A DNA stretch of 63,328 nucleotides, counting the filler, from Atractiella rhizophila (lineage: Eukaryota), in assembly GCA_021432655.1 (NCBI GenBank). It is 4 parts of 3 records of this genome, joined end to end, with 100 filler letters (N's around TTAATTAATTAA, not from the genome) between each part and the next. Parts side by side here need not be neighbours in the genome. Positions count along the whole stretch, not along the records: positions 53,237 to 63,328 come from MU271604.1; 3 more parts are not named here. The stretch is one strand, 5' to 3'. The notes under the pieces were generated by a model. That model saw only the letters and a program-made list of their open reading frames with translations, was not told where the DNA came from and searched no databases. Below are positions 61,398 through 63,328 of the stretch, one piece after another (position 1 is the stretch's first letter; each line of letters begins with the position of its first letter). The position numbers and the translations under genes are program-made.

Positions 61398-63062
61398 GAT
61401 CGATGAGATAAGATGGTCGACATATCATCCCGTCGAAGGGAAGCAACGGGAACATGTCTGATTGCAATGAATGGACGTCTTCGCTTGATGCTAGCGTTTC
61501 AACCTACCGATGTCGTGGCTCGTCCTGCATTGTTCTTAGGTTTTCGAGTTGAGTTTGGAAACCTCGAGTGCTCTCAAAATTCTCATCAAGTCCTTGTTAA
61601 AGGCGTCGGGAAATTCTACCACAAAGATCTGAGAGAGATAAAGTCCCGCGCAGCCAATGAAGGGCCGGACCGTACCCCGGTGTGATGACCAGGGTGACCC
61701 AAACCCTAAGTAGCCCACGAGAAAAACCTAAAAACGGTGAACCTTCTCTGTTCGCCCTCTTCCCCTTTGATTGAGCGTGAAAAACAACATCGCTGAGAAT
61801 TCGCCCCTTCCGCGATAAAGGTACGTGTTCTTTCGCGCTAGATGCACTGGAACGCATCGAGATGTTGTGGAGCCTCAAGAACAAAAGATGGTCGAAACCT
61901 TGAGCTAGATGAACTCAACTCTTCTTTTTTTCTTGATCAAAGTTGACTTCAAGGTTTTCCTGCGATTGAGTTCGTTCCTGGGTGCTTTTGCGCGGTTCAG
62001 TAGACGTGTGCTTGGAGGGGGTCCAGCGCTCATTTATCTGGTTCAATCATACACATCACCGAGCTCGTCTGCGGTGGCGTGCTGTTGATGCGCTGGTGTG
62101 GGAAAGCGCAAAGTCGGTGAGCGCAGGCTGGATTTCAGTGAATGTCCAATTCTGTCGAGACGTCGGTGGGATGAGCTTGATTCGGTTCGTGGGTTAGACG
62201 AATCTCATGCTGACTTGGTTTCTTCCGCATGTGCAGCACAAATTGAAGGAAATCTCACGACGCCTATCTGCTAATTAGCGTGACAGTCACCAATTCTTTG
62301 GAGTCTCATAAACCCTTCTCCTCAATTTTTCAATGGCCGCCTCTTCCAACGACTTCCCTCTCCAGCTCCCTTCCTCTGCTTCGGCGAACAACCAGATCGC
62401 CTCAAGACCTTCATCCACGAACGGTCTCCAGAACAACTCCGGTCACGGCGGTACGACTCCAAACGACGATTTCTCGATTCCTTTGGACCCTGCGTTAGGT
62501 GCTGTAAACGGAGGACCAGTCTCAAGGTTAGCACAAAATTTGGCTGAGATTATTTCACCTTCTTCGGCTTTCTAAATCTTGATATAAGACACCTGAGCAT
62601 AAAGCTTGCGTCCCTCCAACAGTGCACTTCCTCTTGTTCTCTTGTTGATCTCGCGCGATTCTCGATTTCTCTTACATGGATCCAAAAGTAGTAGAGCCTT
62701 CTTATCGCATTCTTCTGCTCCCTTGTTGATTATTTATCAATCGCGTTGCTGCTCTTTTCTTGTTCTCCTGACTCGCCGTCCGAGTTCTGACTTTTGCTTC
62801 CCTTTGACCCTTTACGCGTCGACCGAACGACAACAGCTCTCAAGACTCGCCTCCTCATCGTCAGACACCTTCGATCCCTGTCGAACCGCTTCTCGACCAA
62901 CAAGTGGACACTCTCGCCTATTCCGACGTTCAGCACCAGCACGAGTCAGACCACTCCCGACAACCCCAACATTACCATTCCCAAATCCAAGGTTCGTTCG
63001 AGGACGAATCGCTGCTTGAGAGCTCGGTGCCGAAGAGCAAGAGAGTGAAGAAATCGTCTTCG

Positions 63063-63328
63063 ATGGCTACAGGTGGAGAACCCGCTTTTCGGGGATACGT
63101 CGAATCGACACTCGACGCTCTGTTGATCCTTGAGGCTTGTCGTCGAGGCGTCTGTCCGAAGATCACCAGGAGACTTCAGGAGCAGGAGAAGAGGCTCATC
63201 ACCTCCGGATCGATCTTTGTATTCGAAGAAGGAGAGGCTGGCATCAGGAGGTGGACCGACGGCCTGGTCTGGAGCCCTTCGAGGATCCTTCAGAACTTTC
63301 TCGTCTATCGTGAACTCGACAAACGCAC
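63063..63328 (+). CDS. WOPR (Gti1/Pac2, Wor1/Ryp1-like) transcription factor, runs off the window
   Basis: FRGYVESTLDALLILEACRRG..ITRRL..ITSGSIFVFEEGEAGIRRWTDGLVWSPSRILQNFLVYREL. Confidence 0.95.
   Translation, partial: MATGGEPAFRGYVESTLDALLILEACRRGVCPKITRRLQEQEKRLITSGSIFVFEEGEAGIRRWTDGLVWSPSRILQNFLVYRELDKR

Noticed and set aside
61699..61735. Telomere-like aaaccctaa/aaacctaaa
   Set aside because: Two imperfect isolated units; chance or a promoter motif, not an array.

Overview
Intron-rich fungal genomic DNA, most likely a basidiomycete (Pucciniomycotina-like is my inference); typical introns are about 45-65 nt. The window joins contigs with artificial N-TTAATTAATTAA-N linkers (13737-13836, 37783-37882, 53137-53236) and has three sized N gaps. 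It holds about 22 protein genes: two MFS transporters, SF3B14/p14 in two copies, uL3m, DUS3, aminopeptidase P, ACO2, two DUF6534-like membrane proteins, DOT5, an F-box protein, a cyclin, TLG1, a dioxygenase-P450 fusion, a BOI1-like SH3 protein, NOG2, MAK21 and a WOPR transcription factor. It also contains an internally deleted Helitron. Main observations: (1) Several gap-adjacent blocks are mirror-reversed, meaning reversed but not complemented. Undoing this restores the missing coding parts of ACO2, the dioxygenase-P450 gene, NOG2 and probably the Helitron. (2) One mirrored block hides an intronic H/ACA snoRNA that matches snR191/U19. (3) MAK21, head-to-head with NOG2, has a 1,342-nt strongly self-complementary intron bounded by box C- and D-like motifs. 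It is a candidate unannotated large ncRNA. (4) Other housekeeping genes (DUS3, DOT5, uL3m, NOG2 intron 1) also have oversized introns, some clearly structured. All alignments and folds were done by eye.
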